Shown here one piece after another: positions 1 through 8,190 of a DNA stretch of 50,702 bases. Source of the DNA: Minisyncoccota bacterium. Its GTDB lineage: Bacteria; Patescibacteriota; Minisyncoccia; Minisyncoccales; UBA10102. The position numbers were made by a program, and so were the translations under genes. Below the pieces are notes generated by a model, which saw only the letters and a program-made list of their open reading frames with translations, was not told the DNA's origin and made no database searches. The DNA is taken from contig DASWIZ010000007.1 in NCBI GenBank assembly GCA_036397395.1, forward strand, positions 1 through 50,702, given 5' to 3'. The first letter of the stretch is position 1. Every line of letters starts with the position of its first letter.

Positions 1-49
1 ACTCGTTCTATGATCTGCTGCCTGACTTCTGGACGAATGATGGTTTGGG

Positions 50-709
50 GTGTGGACATACAAGTATGAAATGGTTACGTTTCTCTTCTTTCACCATACA
101 TTTCTTGTTACTCTACTGTCCAATATATGGGGTACCTGCCACTTCGAAAATCACATCTTCTGGAACGAATGGGGTAATGCCCATCCTGAGATCAGCCGAT
201 ACTTCAACAATGGCACACACCCAAACCAGTGGTTCTGCTACCTAGAAGCTGGCTGCGATACTGCGACAGGCGATAATGGATGGCGTAAAACCAATGGCCT
301 TCAAACTGAAAGGTATCAAGCCCTTGAACGCGCTAAAAACTCCAATGCAGAAGCGGCCTATCGATCTATCTCCGTGGGCGGGCCGCAAATCATGGGATTC
401 AACTATGGAGATCTCGATTACAACAATGCGACCGATATGTTCAATGCGTTCTCCCAAAACGAGTTCAATCAGGTTAAAGGTTTCTTCGATTACATGAAGA
501 ATCATACTACATGCAAAAGGAGACTGGATGATTCTCGGCTATGTCAGCTAGACAGTGAAGGCAACAAAATCTGGGCAACTCCCTTAGATTTCGCACATAC
601 TGGTCAAGAAGATTGGTACCAGCTTGCAGCCGTATACAATGGCGATGCCAACAAAGAAGCTTTGTACCAACAGAGATATCAACTAGCAAAGGAGATATTG
701 AACCCATAA
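50..709 (+). CDS. N-acetylmuramidase-family (DUF3380-like) peptidoglycan hydrolase, possibly N-terminally shortened
   Basis: GTG at 50 (first ATG at 71); in-frame stops lie upstream at 11-13 and 38-40. Blocks HFENHIF, AAYRSISVGGPQIMGFNY, SQNEFNQVKGFFDYM and DWYQLAAVYNG match my recollection of the DUF3380 muramidase signature. Confidence 0.6.
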   Translation: MWTYKYEMVTFLFFHHTFLVTLLSNIWGTCHFENHIFWNEWGNAHPEISRYFNNGTHPNQWFCYLEAGCDTATGDNGWRKTNGLQTERYQALERAKNSNAEAAYRSISVGGPQIMGFNYGDLDYNNATDMFNAFSQNEFNQVKGFFDYMKNHTTCKRRLDDSRLCQLDSEGNKIWATPLDFAHTGQEDWYQLAAVYNGDANKEALYQQRYQLAKEILNP

Positions 710-736
710 CAAAATAGCACATTCACGTAATACAAA

Positions 737-768
737 GAGCGGTGACGAAAGTCACCGCTCGTTTGTTT
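737..768. terminator. Rho-independent terminator between convergent genes
   Basis: Perfect 10-bp stem GAGCGGTGAC/GTCACCGCTC with GAAA loop (737-760), followed by GTTTGTTT. Confidence 0.7.
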
Positions 769-783
769 ACACTTTTATACTTA

Positions 784-1437
784 CTATTTTTCTATGAACT
801 CAAAACTAGCGAGAAACTGATTAAATAATTCGTTGTCTCCTATTTCGTTTCTCACTAGGATTCCGAACTCCCTTGATGGATTCAAGAAAAATACATACTC
901 CGTTCCTTTTCTAGTCCAATCGTGATCTCGAACAATTTCAAAAGATCCAAATTGTACCGTTTGCTGCGGCTTATTCTGCGGATAAGAATCAATACTCTTC
1001 TCATAGAACTCCAATAAGTCTAAGTCCTGTCTGTTGTTGAACCTCGATACGGTGAAAGAAGGGTCTACGAAATACGGTACGTCGCATTCGGCTAATGCAT
1101 ACTCATTCTCTTGGCATTTTCGCATCAAAGCTTTTACTGTTTGTTCCAAGGCAACATTGTAAAATCTACCCCCATCATCGCTTACTGCCCATCCGAAAGG
1201 ATACTTCACCTCAAACCCCAACTCGTCGTTTCGATAGACTTGCCAGTCTTTGGGAATTTCTGGGACAGTAATGATTTGAGGGGTTGGTGTCGGGGTAGGG
1301 GATGGACTTGGGTTTGGCGTCGCCTGTGGTTCTGGATTTTGGTTCATCTGGCTGAATACGAAAGCTCCGCCGATTACCAGGACGATTGCCGCCACGGAAA
1401 AAGGGAGTATGTATTTTCCAGAAAGCATGTTGTTCAT
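784..1437 (-). CDS. secreted/anchored hypothetical protein with Pro/Thr/Ser linker
   Basis: Start moved to MNNMLSGKY (1437), just before a TM/signal anchor. A PSPSPTPTPTP linker follows, then the motif DWQVYRNDELGFEVKYPFGW. That motif recurs twice in 46515..48020. Confidence 0.6.
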   Translation of the reverse strand: MNNMLSGKYILPFSVAAIVLVIGGAFVFSQMNQNPEPQATPNPSPSPTPTPTPQIITVPEIPKDWQVYRNDELGFEVKYPFGWAVSDDGGRFYNVALEQTVKALMRKCQENEYALAECDVPYFVDPSFTVSRFNNRQDLDLLEFYEKSIDSYPQNKPQQTVQFGSFEIVRDHDWTRKGTEYVFFLNPSREFGILVRNEIGDNELFNQFLASFEFIEK

Positions 1438-1617
1438 TGGGTTTATGGTACAAGCTAGAACAAAAATAGTCAAACATCTTAAACAAACGTTGTAGGTCAA
1501 TAACCCCCGCGATCGCTTGAGTTATTGACATGGGGTACTTTGTACAGCCGACCGCACTTACAAGGTACCCCAACATAAAAAGCTGGAAAAATTTACCTTT
1601 TTTGATAGAGTAGATAA

Positions 1618-2733
1618 ATGAGTAACGTACAGAAAATTGTGGTGTTGTTTGTTGGCTGGATGGTTATTGTTAACTTGTTTGCTCTTTTCGCCTTAAACCG
1701 TTTTACACTTGAACCAGACACCGCGTACTTTTGGATTAACCCCAACGAAGTACAACAAGAGCAAACCTGGAATATTGCTTCTTTGCACTCGCGATGGGAC
1801 TCGTACTGGTATGTGGATATCGCAGAACACGGATATTATTTACGGCAAGACACTGCCTTGGCGAATGTCGTATTCTTTCCGCTGTACCCGTTGCTTATGG
1901 CTATTATAGGTTTTATACTTCTGGGAAACTATGTACTGGCTGGCTGGATTTTAAGCTCCGCTTTTCTTTTTCTCGCGCTTTTATACCTGTATAAACTTAC
2001 AAAAGAATTTCATCCCGACGTTGACCCACATCTTCCGCTAGTACTTTTGCTGATATTCCCCACGGCATTTTTTCTTAATGCCGTATACACAGAATCTTTA
2101 TTTTTGTTTCTTTCTGTAGCTGCCATTTATTACGCAAAGAAAAAGAAAAACCTTTCAACCGGTACGGCAGCTTTCCTTGCGTCTCTTACCAGAGTAACCG
2201 GAGTGCTTTTGGTTTTTCCTTTAATATTTGAGTATCTTCGCCATAAAAATCTTTCTTTCAAATTACTTTTTAATACCCGAGTTCTTCCAGTATTAATTCC
2301 AATCGTTGGACTATTTGGTTTCTTTTTATACCACGCAATCGCATTTGCAGATCCCATCCTATTTTTTCGAGTTGAAGCTGCGTGGGGAAGAATATTTTCG
2401 CCCAATATAGACCATTTGATGTTCAGTACGCATCCATCGATAGTTCACTTTGGACTTGATGTATTATTCCTATGTATTGCGGTTGCCTGCACAATTGCTG
2501 TGTTTAAAAAGTTTGGCAAAACATACGGAAGCTACATGGCAGCTACGCTTTTTGTTGCCCTGGTAACGGGCACGCTTATGAGTATCGGAAGATACATTCT
2601 TGTATTATTTCCTATGTACATTCTTATTGCTTCGATCTCCAACATATACTTTCGCTATACGTGGATGTTCGTATCTATTTTGCTTTTTGCCGTTACCACA
2701 ATTCTTTTCGTCAATAACTATTGGGCAGGATAA
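1618..2733 (+). CDS. GT-C type integral-membrane glycosyltransferase (PIG-V / Mannosyl_trans2-like)
   Basis: 371 aa, polytopic. RWDSYWYVDIAEHGY ... VFFPLYPLL matches the PIG-V-like mannosyltransferase signature as I recall it. Confidence 0.6.
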   Translation: MSNVQKIVVLFVGWMVIVNLFALFALNRFTLEPDTAYFWINPNEVQQEQTWNIASLHSRWDSYWYVDIAEHGYYLRQDTALANVVFFPLYPLLMAIIGFILLGNYVLAGWILSSAFLFLALLYLYKLTKEFHPDVDPHLPLVLLLIFPTAFFLNAVYTESLFLFLSVAAIYYAKKKKNLSTGTAAFLASLTRVTGVLLVFPLIFEYLRHKNLSFKLLFNTRVLPVLIPIVGLFGFFLYHAIAFADPILFFRVEAAWGRIFSPNIDHLMFSTHPSIVHFGLDVLFLCIAVACTIAVFKKFGKTYGSYMAATLFVALVTGTLMSIGRYILVLFPMYILIASISNIYFRYTWMFVSILLFAVTTILFVNNYWAG

Positions 2734-2784
2734 ACGGGTACGGGTATAGTAAACCAAATGGAACAAGGTAAAATGAGTTACCTC

Positions 2785-2812
2785 TTGCAAAATTGGAATA
2801 GTTTGATATACT
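2785..2812 (+). promoter_or_regulatory. sigma70-like promoter giving a leaderless or near-leaderless rpmB mRNA
   Basis: TTGCAA (2785-2790), 16-nt spacer, TGa-TATACT (2804-2812), then 7 nt to the ATG at 2820. Confidence 0.5.
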
Positions 2813-2819
2813 TTGGTTT

Positions 2820-3002
2820 ATGGCACAAGAATGCGCGATTTGCGGAAAAACAAAAAATGTTGCTTGGCGATTGGTAAAACTTCGCGGAAAGTATAACCCC
2901 ACTGCAAAACATAAACAGAAGCCAAATCTTCAATGGCTGGCTTTACCTGGGGGAGGACGCGTAAAAGCCTGCACCAAGTGCATGAAAACCGCAACAAAGT
3001 AA
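2820..3002 (+). CDS. rpmB: 50S ribosomal protein L28 (bL28)
   Basis: 60 aa. CAICGK ... KPNLQW ... CTKCMK pattern typical of bL28. Confidence 0.9.
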   Translation: MAQECAICGKTKNVAWRLVKLRGKYNPTAKHKQKPNLQWLALPGGGRVKACTKCMKTATK

Positions 3003-3010
3003 CATTGGAA

Positions 3011-3038
3011 AAGCCCGCCCCCTAGCGGGCTTTTCTTT
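3011..3038 (+). terminator. Rho-independent terminator after rpmB
   Basis: GCCCGC/GCGGGC stem (3013-3030) followed by TTTTCTTT. Confidence 0.7.
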
Positions 3039-3040
3039 AA

Positions 3041-3114
3041 CGGGCTGTAGTATACCGGTAGTACGCGTCCATGGGGTGGATGTAGACTGGGTCCGATTCC
3101 CAGCAGCCCGACCA
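3041..3114 (+). tRNA. tRNA-Pro, anticodon GGG, CCA encoded
   Basis: Hand-folded cloverleaf. Acceptor CGGGCTG/CAGCCCG. D stem GTAT/GTAC with GG in the loop. Anticodon stem CGTCC/GGATG with loop A-T-GGG-G-T (U33, G37). 4-nt variable loop. T stem CTGGG/CCCAG. Discriminator A plus CCA. The T loop reads TCCGATT, so position 55 is C rather than T. Confidence 0.85.
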
Positions 3115-3121
3115 TCAAACC

Positions 3122-3146
3122 AAAACCCGCCGTTAAGGCGGGTTTT
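3122..3146. terminator. bidirectional terminator between tRNA-Pro and hup
   Basis: AAAACCCGCC / GGCGGGTTTT stem with GTTAA loop; an A-run lies 5' and a T-run 3', so it can work in both orientations. Confidence 0.7.
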
Positions 3147-3165
3147 GGTTTCAAAGTTTCCTTTG

Positions 3166-3441
3166 TTACTTTCTTACCGCGTCTTTCAAGCTTTTTCCTG
3201 CTTTAAATTTTGGCACGGTGGTTGCCGCGATTTTAATTTTCGCTCCCGTAGCCGGATTCCTTCCTTCTCTCGCGGAACGCTTTGATGTTTGGAATGTTCC
3301 AAACCCGGTAAGCGCTACCGTCTTCCCTTTTTTCAAGGAATCGGTAATGCCCTCGAGAATCGCGTCTAAAGCTTCTCTGGCCTGTGTCTTGGTAATCTTT
3401 GCCCTGGAAGCCATAGCTTCCAAAAGTTGTTCTTTATTCAT
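3166..3441 (-). CDS. hup: HU family DNA-binding protein
   Basis: Start moved to MNKEQL (3441). GFGTFQTSKRSAREGRNPATGAKIKIAATTVPKFKAGKSLKDAV is the HU/IHF arm signature. Confidence 0.9.
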   Translation of the reverse strand: MNKEQLLEAMASRAKITKTQAREALDAILEGITDSLKKGKTVALTGFGTFQTSKRSAREGRNPATGAKIKIAATTVPKFKAGKSLKDAVRK

Positions 3442-3448
3442 ATCGTTA

Positions 3449-3454
3449 AGTATA
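3449..3454 (-). promoter_or_regulatory. -10 box TATACT placed 7 nt before the hup ATG (leaderless-type)
   Basis: The minus strand reads TATACT-TAACGAT-ATG, the same geometry as rpmB. Confidence 0.4.
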
Positions 3455-3496
3455 CACGAAACCAAGGAATACGCACAAGTAACTTATGCACAGGGG

Positions 3497-4180
3497 TTAT
3501 TTCCAAGCTACGCGCTCTTGAAGGTCCTGGCGCTGCTGGTCCAAAGCTTGCTGGCCCTGCGGCTCTTGTTGTGGAGTATTCGGTGAAACAGGAGCGGCGC
3601 CTGGCGCTTTTCTTCTATCTCTGGAAGTAACGCGCCGTACCAGCACGAAAATCGCCAGCACCGCGAGAATCAGCACGGTTACCAGTTCCGGAGCCCCTAA
3701 ATTCCCCATAGCGTTTCGGATCCCGGCAAAAAATCCCCGGTCTTCGTTATCATCGCTTGATCCCACAATAGGCGCCGGCAACTCATCTAATTCATTGGAA
3801 ACCTCGGCTTGCGCGACAGGAGCTGACGCCGCTTCCTGAATAACCGTACTTTCACCGGTTTCTATCGCGACAGGAGGCAAAGAAGCAACACCCGACCCTT
3901 GCGCGGCAACAAGCGCTTCTACCTGCCGCTGTAGGGCCAGTGCCTGCTGTTCTAAGACATACTTGCTTACCCGCAGCGATAACCGGTTTACTTCAGCTTC
4001 AATTTCAACTAACTGCTGGGAAATCGCTTGCAACACAACCGCTTGCTCTTCCACAGAAACTGAATCTACTGAAACTTGCACACCGCCCTCCTCCATGCTT
4101 TGGGCAAAAGCGCTTGTCCCAGTTACCAAACTGGCAACAAGAGCCAGGCTAAAAATTCCTAAAAACATTCGTTTTTCCAT
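3497..4180 (-). CDS. secreted coiled-coil-like protein with C-proximal TM anchor
   Basis: Signal peptide MFLGIFSLALVASLVTGTSAFA, an Ala/Gln/Glu/Val-rich heptad-like segment, the TM helix LVTVLILAVLAIFVLV, and a basic Pro/Gln tail. No family recognised. It sits last in the SipW/TasA-like gene string. Confidence 0.55.
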   Translation of the reverse strand: MEKRMFLGIFSLALVASLVTGTSAFAQSMEEGGVQVSVDSVSVEEQAVVLQAISQQLVEIEAEVNRLSLRVSKYVLEQQALALQRQVEALVAAQGSGVASLPPVAIETGESTVIQEAASAPVAQAEVSNELDELPAPIVGSSDDNEDRGFFAGIRNAMGNLGAPELVTVLILAVLAIFVLVRRVTSRDRRKAPGAAPVSPNTPQQEPQGQQALDQQRQDLQERVAWK

Positions 4181-4303
4181 ATGTCCTTATTATTACGCAA
4201 TCAATTATTATTTACTTTGACCTTTTTTTATGTGAAAGAACAAATACAATCAATGATTGTCTATACCTTCTGTGTAGCACGTCTGTGAAGAAATGCAAGT
4301 GTT

Positions 4304-5419
4304 TTATTGCACATATTCCTCATCTGGTAGGACATTCTCTGCTGTCCCATCTAGATCTGCGTCCTCTTGCTCTGGATTTTCTTCCTGAACAAGCTCCTCA
4401 TTCGGCAAATCTTGTCCTACCCCCTCTTCATCCTCAACAACAGCCTGCTTATAGTTATCCACAGCCTCTCCTTGCTCCTCCGTAGCCTCTGGCGAAAGGA
4501 GGTCTTCGTATTCATCTTCGTGATCATCCCTATCGTCGGGCTTTTCACCCTTTTCTCCTTTCTCGCCGGGTTTGTCTCCTTTATCTCCCTTGCCGCATTT
4601 ATCTCCTTTCTCCCCTTTTTCACCAGGTTTATCCCCCTTGCTTGGCCTGTCGTCCTTATCTTCCTTGTGTTCTCCATACGCGTAGTGATCGTCTTCCTCA
4701 TCTTCGTCTTCTTCGCATTTGTCGTCATCCGGTTCTGTTTCTTTTGCCGTAACCAAACTGGAAATGCGTTCTACGTCGTGAAATCCGGAAAACAACAAAG
4801 GAAAGGGCATTTGCCAGCCCGAGAATACAAAATCAAACGCGCATTCCCCTTTTATATCCTGGTTCTGCAGCTTTACCGCAAAATCCCAGTCTTCTCCGCC
4901 AGATGGCGAATCAAAACCAAAATCTCCGGCCTCAAAATTCATAAGCGGCCCGGAAAATTTTTCAGTGCCCTTTACGTTAGCCTCTAATAACAAAAACTGG
5001 CATAACTCGCCCGCAAAGTTTTCCGCGTGCGACCGATAGTGAAACGGAATGCTGTTTATGTCCACCACCGATATCTGGCGCGCGGCATGCTGGTGTTTGG
5101 AAACTTTAGGCTCAAAGTCGCCCGGCGACTCTAACTCAAAATCAAGCAGGGAAGCTGCAAGCAAGTTCCCGCCCGAAGTTTCCCCATCGGAAAAATACGC
5201 CACCGTGCGGGGAATCGACGACACCCCGGTCCACACAATGCCGACAACAAGCAGCAACACCGCGATTTTTCCAAACGCGTGGCTGGATTTTTTGTTTTTG
5301 CATACCACCGGCCGCGGCGCCTGGTAACTTAATTTATCAAAGTCAAGCAAATAAGGAAGAACGCTGTCCTTTTGTGTCTTGTTTGTATGTGGTTGTCTGC
5401 AGTTAACTAGTCGGGACAT
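4304..5419 (-). CDS. protein with SipW-cognate class signal peptide and Asp/Glu/Lys-rich C-terminal tail
   Basis: A TM anchor is followed by TVAYFSDGETSGGNLLAASLLDF (SipW-type signal motif). The C-terminal ~130 aa are acidic/basic low complexity with GEKGEKGDK runs. The ATG at 5419 overlaps the sipW stop by 17 nt. Confidence 0.65.
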   Translation of the reverse strand: MSRLVNCRQPHTNKTQKDSVLPYLLDFDKLSYQAPRPVVCKNKKSSHAFGKIAVLLLVVGIVWTGVSSIPRTVAYFSDGETSGGNLLAASLLDFELESPGDFEPKVSKHQHAARQISVVDINSIPFHYRSHAENFAGELCQFLLLEANVKGTEKFSGPLMNFEAGDFGFDSPSGGEDWDFAVKLQNQDIKGECAFDFVFSGWQMPFPLLFSGFHDVERISSLVTAKETEPDDDKCEEDEDEEDDHYAYGEHKEDKDDRPSKGDKPGEKGEKGDKCGKGDKGDKPGEKGEKGEKPDDRDDHEDEYEDLLSPEATEEQGEAVDNYKQAVVEDEEGVGQDLPNEELVQEENPEQEDADLDGTAENVLPDEEYVQ

Positions 5420-5942
5420 TTTTCTGTTTTTTCTCTTTTACCAATCGTTTTGCTTCCACAAAAATTTTCCGCAGTTCATCGCCAATAATTATGGCTGCCG
5501 GCACCCCAATAATAAGCGCGAATCCCAAAGGCTGCCGGGCAAAATCAAGCACAAACCCAAAATACGGAATACTAAACAACACCTTGCCCAGCACGTCCTT
5601 TCTGGCGGTTGTGTTGGGGTCTTGGTTTTCGTTCGCGTCGCCTTTGGTGGTGTACACGGCGCCCGATCCCTGGCCCTCTATACTTGCCACACGGTGTGTA
5701 ATAGGAGCTTTGGTGCGGCTTACCGGGCCAAACGTAACAACGTCGCCAACGTCATAGTCTGCGGCAGGCCGTATAACCACCACCGACCCTGTTTGAATAT
5801 TCGGCTCCATGGAACCGGACTGCACCACCAGCATTTGGAAATTCCCTGGAATAGGAAATAGCGTGGACAGAATAGCCAAAACCAGCACGCCCAAAAACCC
5901 CAAAAACGTATAATATGCAGTTTTCCCCACTATTTTCAGCAT
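5403..5942 (-). CDS. sipW: signal peptidase I, archaeal/ER-type (SipW-like)
   Basis: SGSMEP (Ser box), ITHRV (His box) and TKGDAN, with N- and C-terminal TM helices and a 179-aa size. These are typical of SipW-type peptidases. Confidence 0.85.
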   Translation of the reverse strand: MLKIVGKTAYYTFLGFLGVLVLAILSTLFPIPGNFQMLVVQSGSMEPNIQTGSVVVIRPAADYDVGDVVTFGPVSRTKAPITHRVASIEGQGSGAVYTTKGDANENQDPNTTARKDVLGKVLFSIPYFGFVLDFARQPLGFALIIGVPAAIIIGDELRKIFVEAKRLVKEKKQKNVPTS

Positions 5943-5958
5943 ATATGCTTGTAAAACC

Positions 5959-5983
5959 TTGTGTGAAACCTGGTTTCACACAA
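5959..5983 (-). other. 11-bp hairpin 17 nt upstream of the sipW start
   Basis: TGTGTGAAAC / GTTTCACACA with a 3-nt loop. Confidence 0.5.
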
Positions 5984-6014
5984 CCCGTTCGGTTATTTTT
6001 GAGTCCCTTCTTCC

Positions 6015-6051
6015 CCCCACCATCCTAACCACGCATGGAAGGATGATGGGG
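6015..6051 (-). other. hairpin downstream of the 6085..7242 stop
   Basis: 11 paired positions with a 13-nt loop. The single plus-strand C/A mismatch (6020/6046) is a G:U wobble in the minus-strand RNA. No T-run follows. Confidence 0.45.
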
Positions 6052-6084
6052 CGTGAAGAGATTCAGAGTTAAAGCGCTTCAGCC

Positions 6085-7242
6085 TTACTCTTCAACGTTG
6101 GTGACAGTGCACACGACATTATCTCCAAGACTAAGCGTAACCTGCCCAGATGCATCGCACGCGCCTCCGAATGTTGTCGTGAATGTCGCACCGCCAACAT
6201 CGCCAATAATGGTTTCAGAAACTGTATAGTCGCCAACGGGAAGATTCATAACGGGAACTTCGTCGGCAACAACCTGATCACCGCCTGGGCCAGTAATGTG
6301 AAGTTCAAAGTCGCTCACGTCAATTCCGCCTGACGAAACAGTCAGTATTTTGTTCACCGTAAGGGTTGGGAGCGGCTCTTCAACAGGATTGCAGAGAAAC
6401 TCTTCATTGTGCCGCGCCTGAACGGGGGAAAACAGAATGTTCAGCTCAACACCGTCGGTTTGGTATTCGTTTCCAATGGAAGCGCCGTCGCAATTCACTC
6501 CTGGATCCACCGAGGGGCTCTCCCCCTGGTTATTGGCGACCGGAGCTAACGTCAGCGTCCCAAGACACCACGCCTTTGCGATGTAGACGGTTTCATCTCC
6601 CGGAATAGGCCCGTCTTCACCCCAGACATTGTTTTCGGAGTCAGCAAGCGCAACCGGGAATGTATTGTCGAGTTCTGCAAGACTCACTACCCCCTCGGTA
6701 ATCGGACTCTCGCCTTCTTCATAGACATTGTCGCCGTCATCTGCCCACCAAAAGAACTCTAAACCTTGCGCCAACTCACCGTCCCACGGATCTTCCGGAT
6801 CTTCGAGATCGTCACCGCTCTCAAGTTCCGGCTCATTTGACGAGATATCGTCGTTCGACGTAAGCGTTAAGTCCATGCACACATACGCGTCATTCGTACC
6901 CACATGAATGGATATGGTATCTTCTCCTTCGTCACCTGGCTTTAAGTCGTTAAAGTCAAAGAACAGCAACCCTTCCAAGTCAGACAGCTCGAACGAAGTC
7001 GTACAGGCTGTTCCCGGAACCGGATACGGCGCTTCACCCCGCCATTCCCAGACATCATCGCCCACCTCGACACAACGATTGCCATTGTAGTAGGAATCGT
7101 TATCGATTTTTAAATCGATAGCGCCGGCACTAAACGTATTCCCACTGGAAGTTTCCGTGTCAGACAAGAATGCTCCCGTCGCTCCCCCAACTGCAGCTCC
7201 TATGCTCACCACTATTGCTAGACTAGTTAGTATCTTTTTCAT
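6085..7242 (-). CDS. TasA/camelysin-like secreted protein with SipW-cognate signal peptide and C-terminal Ig-like module
   Basis: MKKILTSLAIVVSIGAAVGGATGAFLSDTETSSGNTFSAGAIDLKIDN. The C-terminal ~95 aa (VNKILTV ... GDYTVSE ... VVCTVTN) look like a prealbumin/SpaA-type fold. Confidence 0.75.
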   Translation of the reverse strand: MKKILTSLAIVVSIGAAVGGATGAFLSDTETSSGNTFSAGAIDLKIDNDSYYNGNRCVEVGDDVWEWRGEAPYPVPGTACTTSFELSDLEGLLFFDFNDLKPGDEGEDTISIHVGTNDAYVCMDLTLTSNDDISSNEPELESGDDLEDPEDPWDGELAQGLEFFWWADDGDNVYEEGESPITEGVVSLAELDNTFPVALADSENNVWGEDGPIPGDETVYIAKAWCLGTLTLAPVANNQGESPSVDPGVNCDGASIGNEYQTDGVELNILFSPVQARHNEEFLCNPVEEPLPTLTVNKILTVSSGGIDVSDFELHITGPGGDQVVADEVPVMNLPVGDYTVSETIIGDVGGATFTTTFGGACDASGQVTLSLGDNVVCTVTNVEE

Positions 7243-7263
7243 GCAAGAACAAAGTCAATCAGA

Positions 7264-8142
7264 TTAAATCGGCGCTACGCACTGGAAGCTATCGTTGTTT
7301 CGCGACTGAATTGCTCGGAAAGCAATATCCATGGTCGAGCTGTCAGTTTGCGAGGCATTGTTGACTAATGTGCCATCGCAATCAAACCCACCATCAACGG
7401 TCGGATCTTGGCCTTCGCCAGCTGGAACTGGGCGTGGAGTGATTTCTCCATAGCAAAATCCTTTCCCAATGAAAAACCTATCGCCACCAGGAACGGGAAT
7501 ATCGCCAAGCGCAGCATTGCCGGAAGTATCCGCTATGGCAACCGTGGCAGTATTGCCTACACCAAGATCCCCCAGTATGCCAGCGGGCGCCAGAAGTTTT
7601 TCATCATTTTCCAAAACGTTATCGCCATCATCTACCCACCAAATAAAGTTCAACTCTTGTGCAAGGTCTCCATTTAAGTTGGGATCTCCAACGCCACAGG
7701 CAATGCCATCGGCCGCCAAGTCATCGGGATCTTCAGGCTCTGTACAAGTATTGTCGGCATTGCTTGCGAGTGTTACGTCGGCACAAACCCAAGCATCGTT
7801 ACTGCCAACATGAAAACTGATCGTGTCTTCTTCCCAGTCACCCGGCTTTAGATCGTTGAAGTCAAAGAACAGTTCATTTTCCAGATCTTTCAACTCCCAG
7901 TTACAACCACACTCGTTTCCCGGTTCTCTATTACCACCCCAATAGCTAATTCCGGATGCTGTGTCTAAAACACATGCGTTACCGTTGTAGTAACACGTGT
8001 TGTCGATTTGCAGGTCAATTTCTCCTGCCGTAAAGGTGTTACCCCTCGAAACTTCCTCGTCGCTGAAGAAGGCTCCCGTTGCGCCAGCAACAATTGCGCC
8101 CACAGCGACAATAACGCTTAAACTAACTAAGATTTTCTTCAT
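7264..8142 (-). CDS. TasA/camelysin-like secreted protein with SipW-cognate signal peptide (paralog of 6085..7242)
   Basis: TTG at 8148; ATG at 8142 preferred. Shared blocks with the paralog are GATGAFxSD, GNTFxAGxIDLxIDN and LFFDFNDLKPGDxEEDTISxHVGxNDAxVC. Confidence 0.75.
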   Translation of the reverse strand: MKKILVSLSVIVAVGAIVAGATGAFFSDEEVSRGNTFTAGEIDLQIDNTCYYNGNACVLDTASGISYWGGNREPGNECGCNWELKDLENELFFDFNDLKPGDWEEDTISFHVGSNDAWVCADVTLASNADNTCTEPEDPDDLAADGIACGVGDPNLNGDLAQELNFIWWVDDGDNVLENDEKLLAPAGILGDLGVGNTATVAIADTSGNAALGDIPVPGGDRFFIGKGFCYGEITPRPVPAGEGQDPTVDGGFDCDGTLVNNASQTDSSTMDIAFRAIQSRNNDSFQCVAPI

Positions 8143-8167
8143 AGTCAATAAATAATTACCTTATTAT

Positions 8168-8190
8168 GTAGTAAGGCTAAGCCTTACTAC
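8168..8190. repeat. REP1 palindrome, copy A (GTAGTAAGGCT-a-AGCCTTACTAC)
   Basis: Perfect 11+1+11 palindrome. The same core occurs at 43089-43109 and 43847-43867, and degenerately at 42724-42744. Confidence 0.85.

Noticed and set aside
1509-1516. GCGATCGC (a HIP1-like octamer), also at 11505-11512 and 36825-36832.
   Set aside because: Three copies in 50 kb is a modest excess over the ~1.5 expected by chance and far below the density that defines highly iterated palindromes in cyanobacteria. Nothing else in the window is cyanobacterial.
5403-5419. The 17-nt overlap between sipW and the downstream substrate gene, considered as a possible programmed frameshift site.
   Set aside because: Both ORFs have their own plausible start and stop, and there is no slippery heptamer. 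This is ordinary translational coupling.
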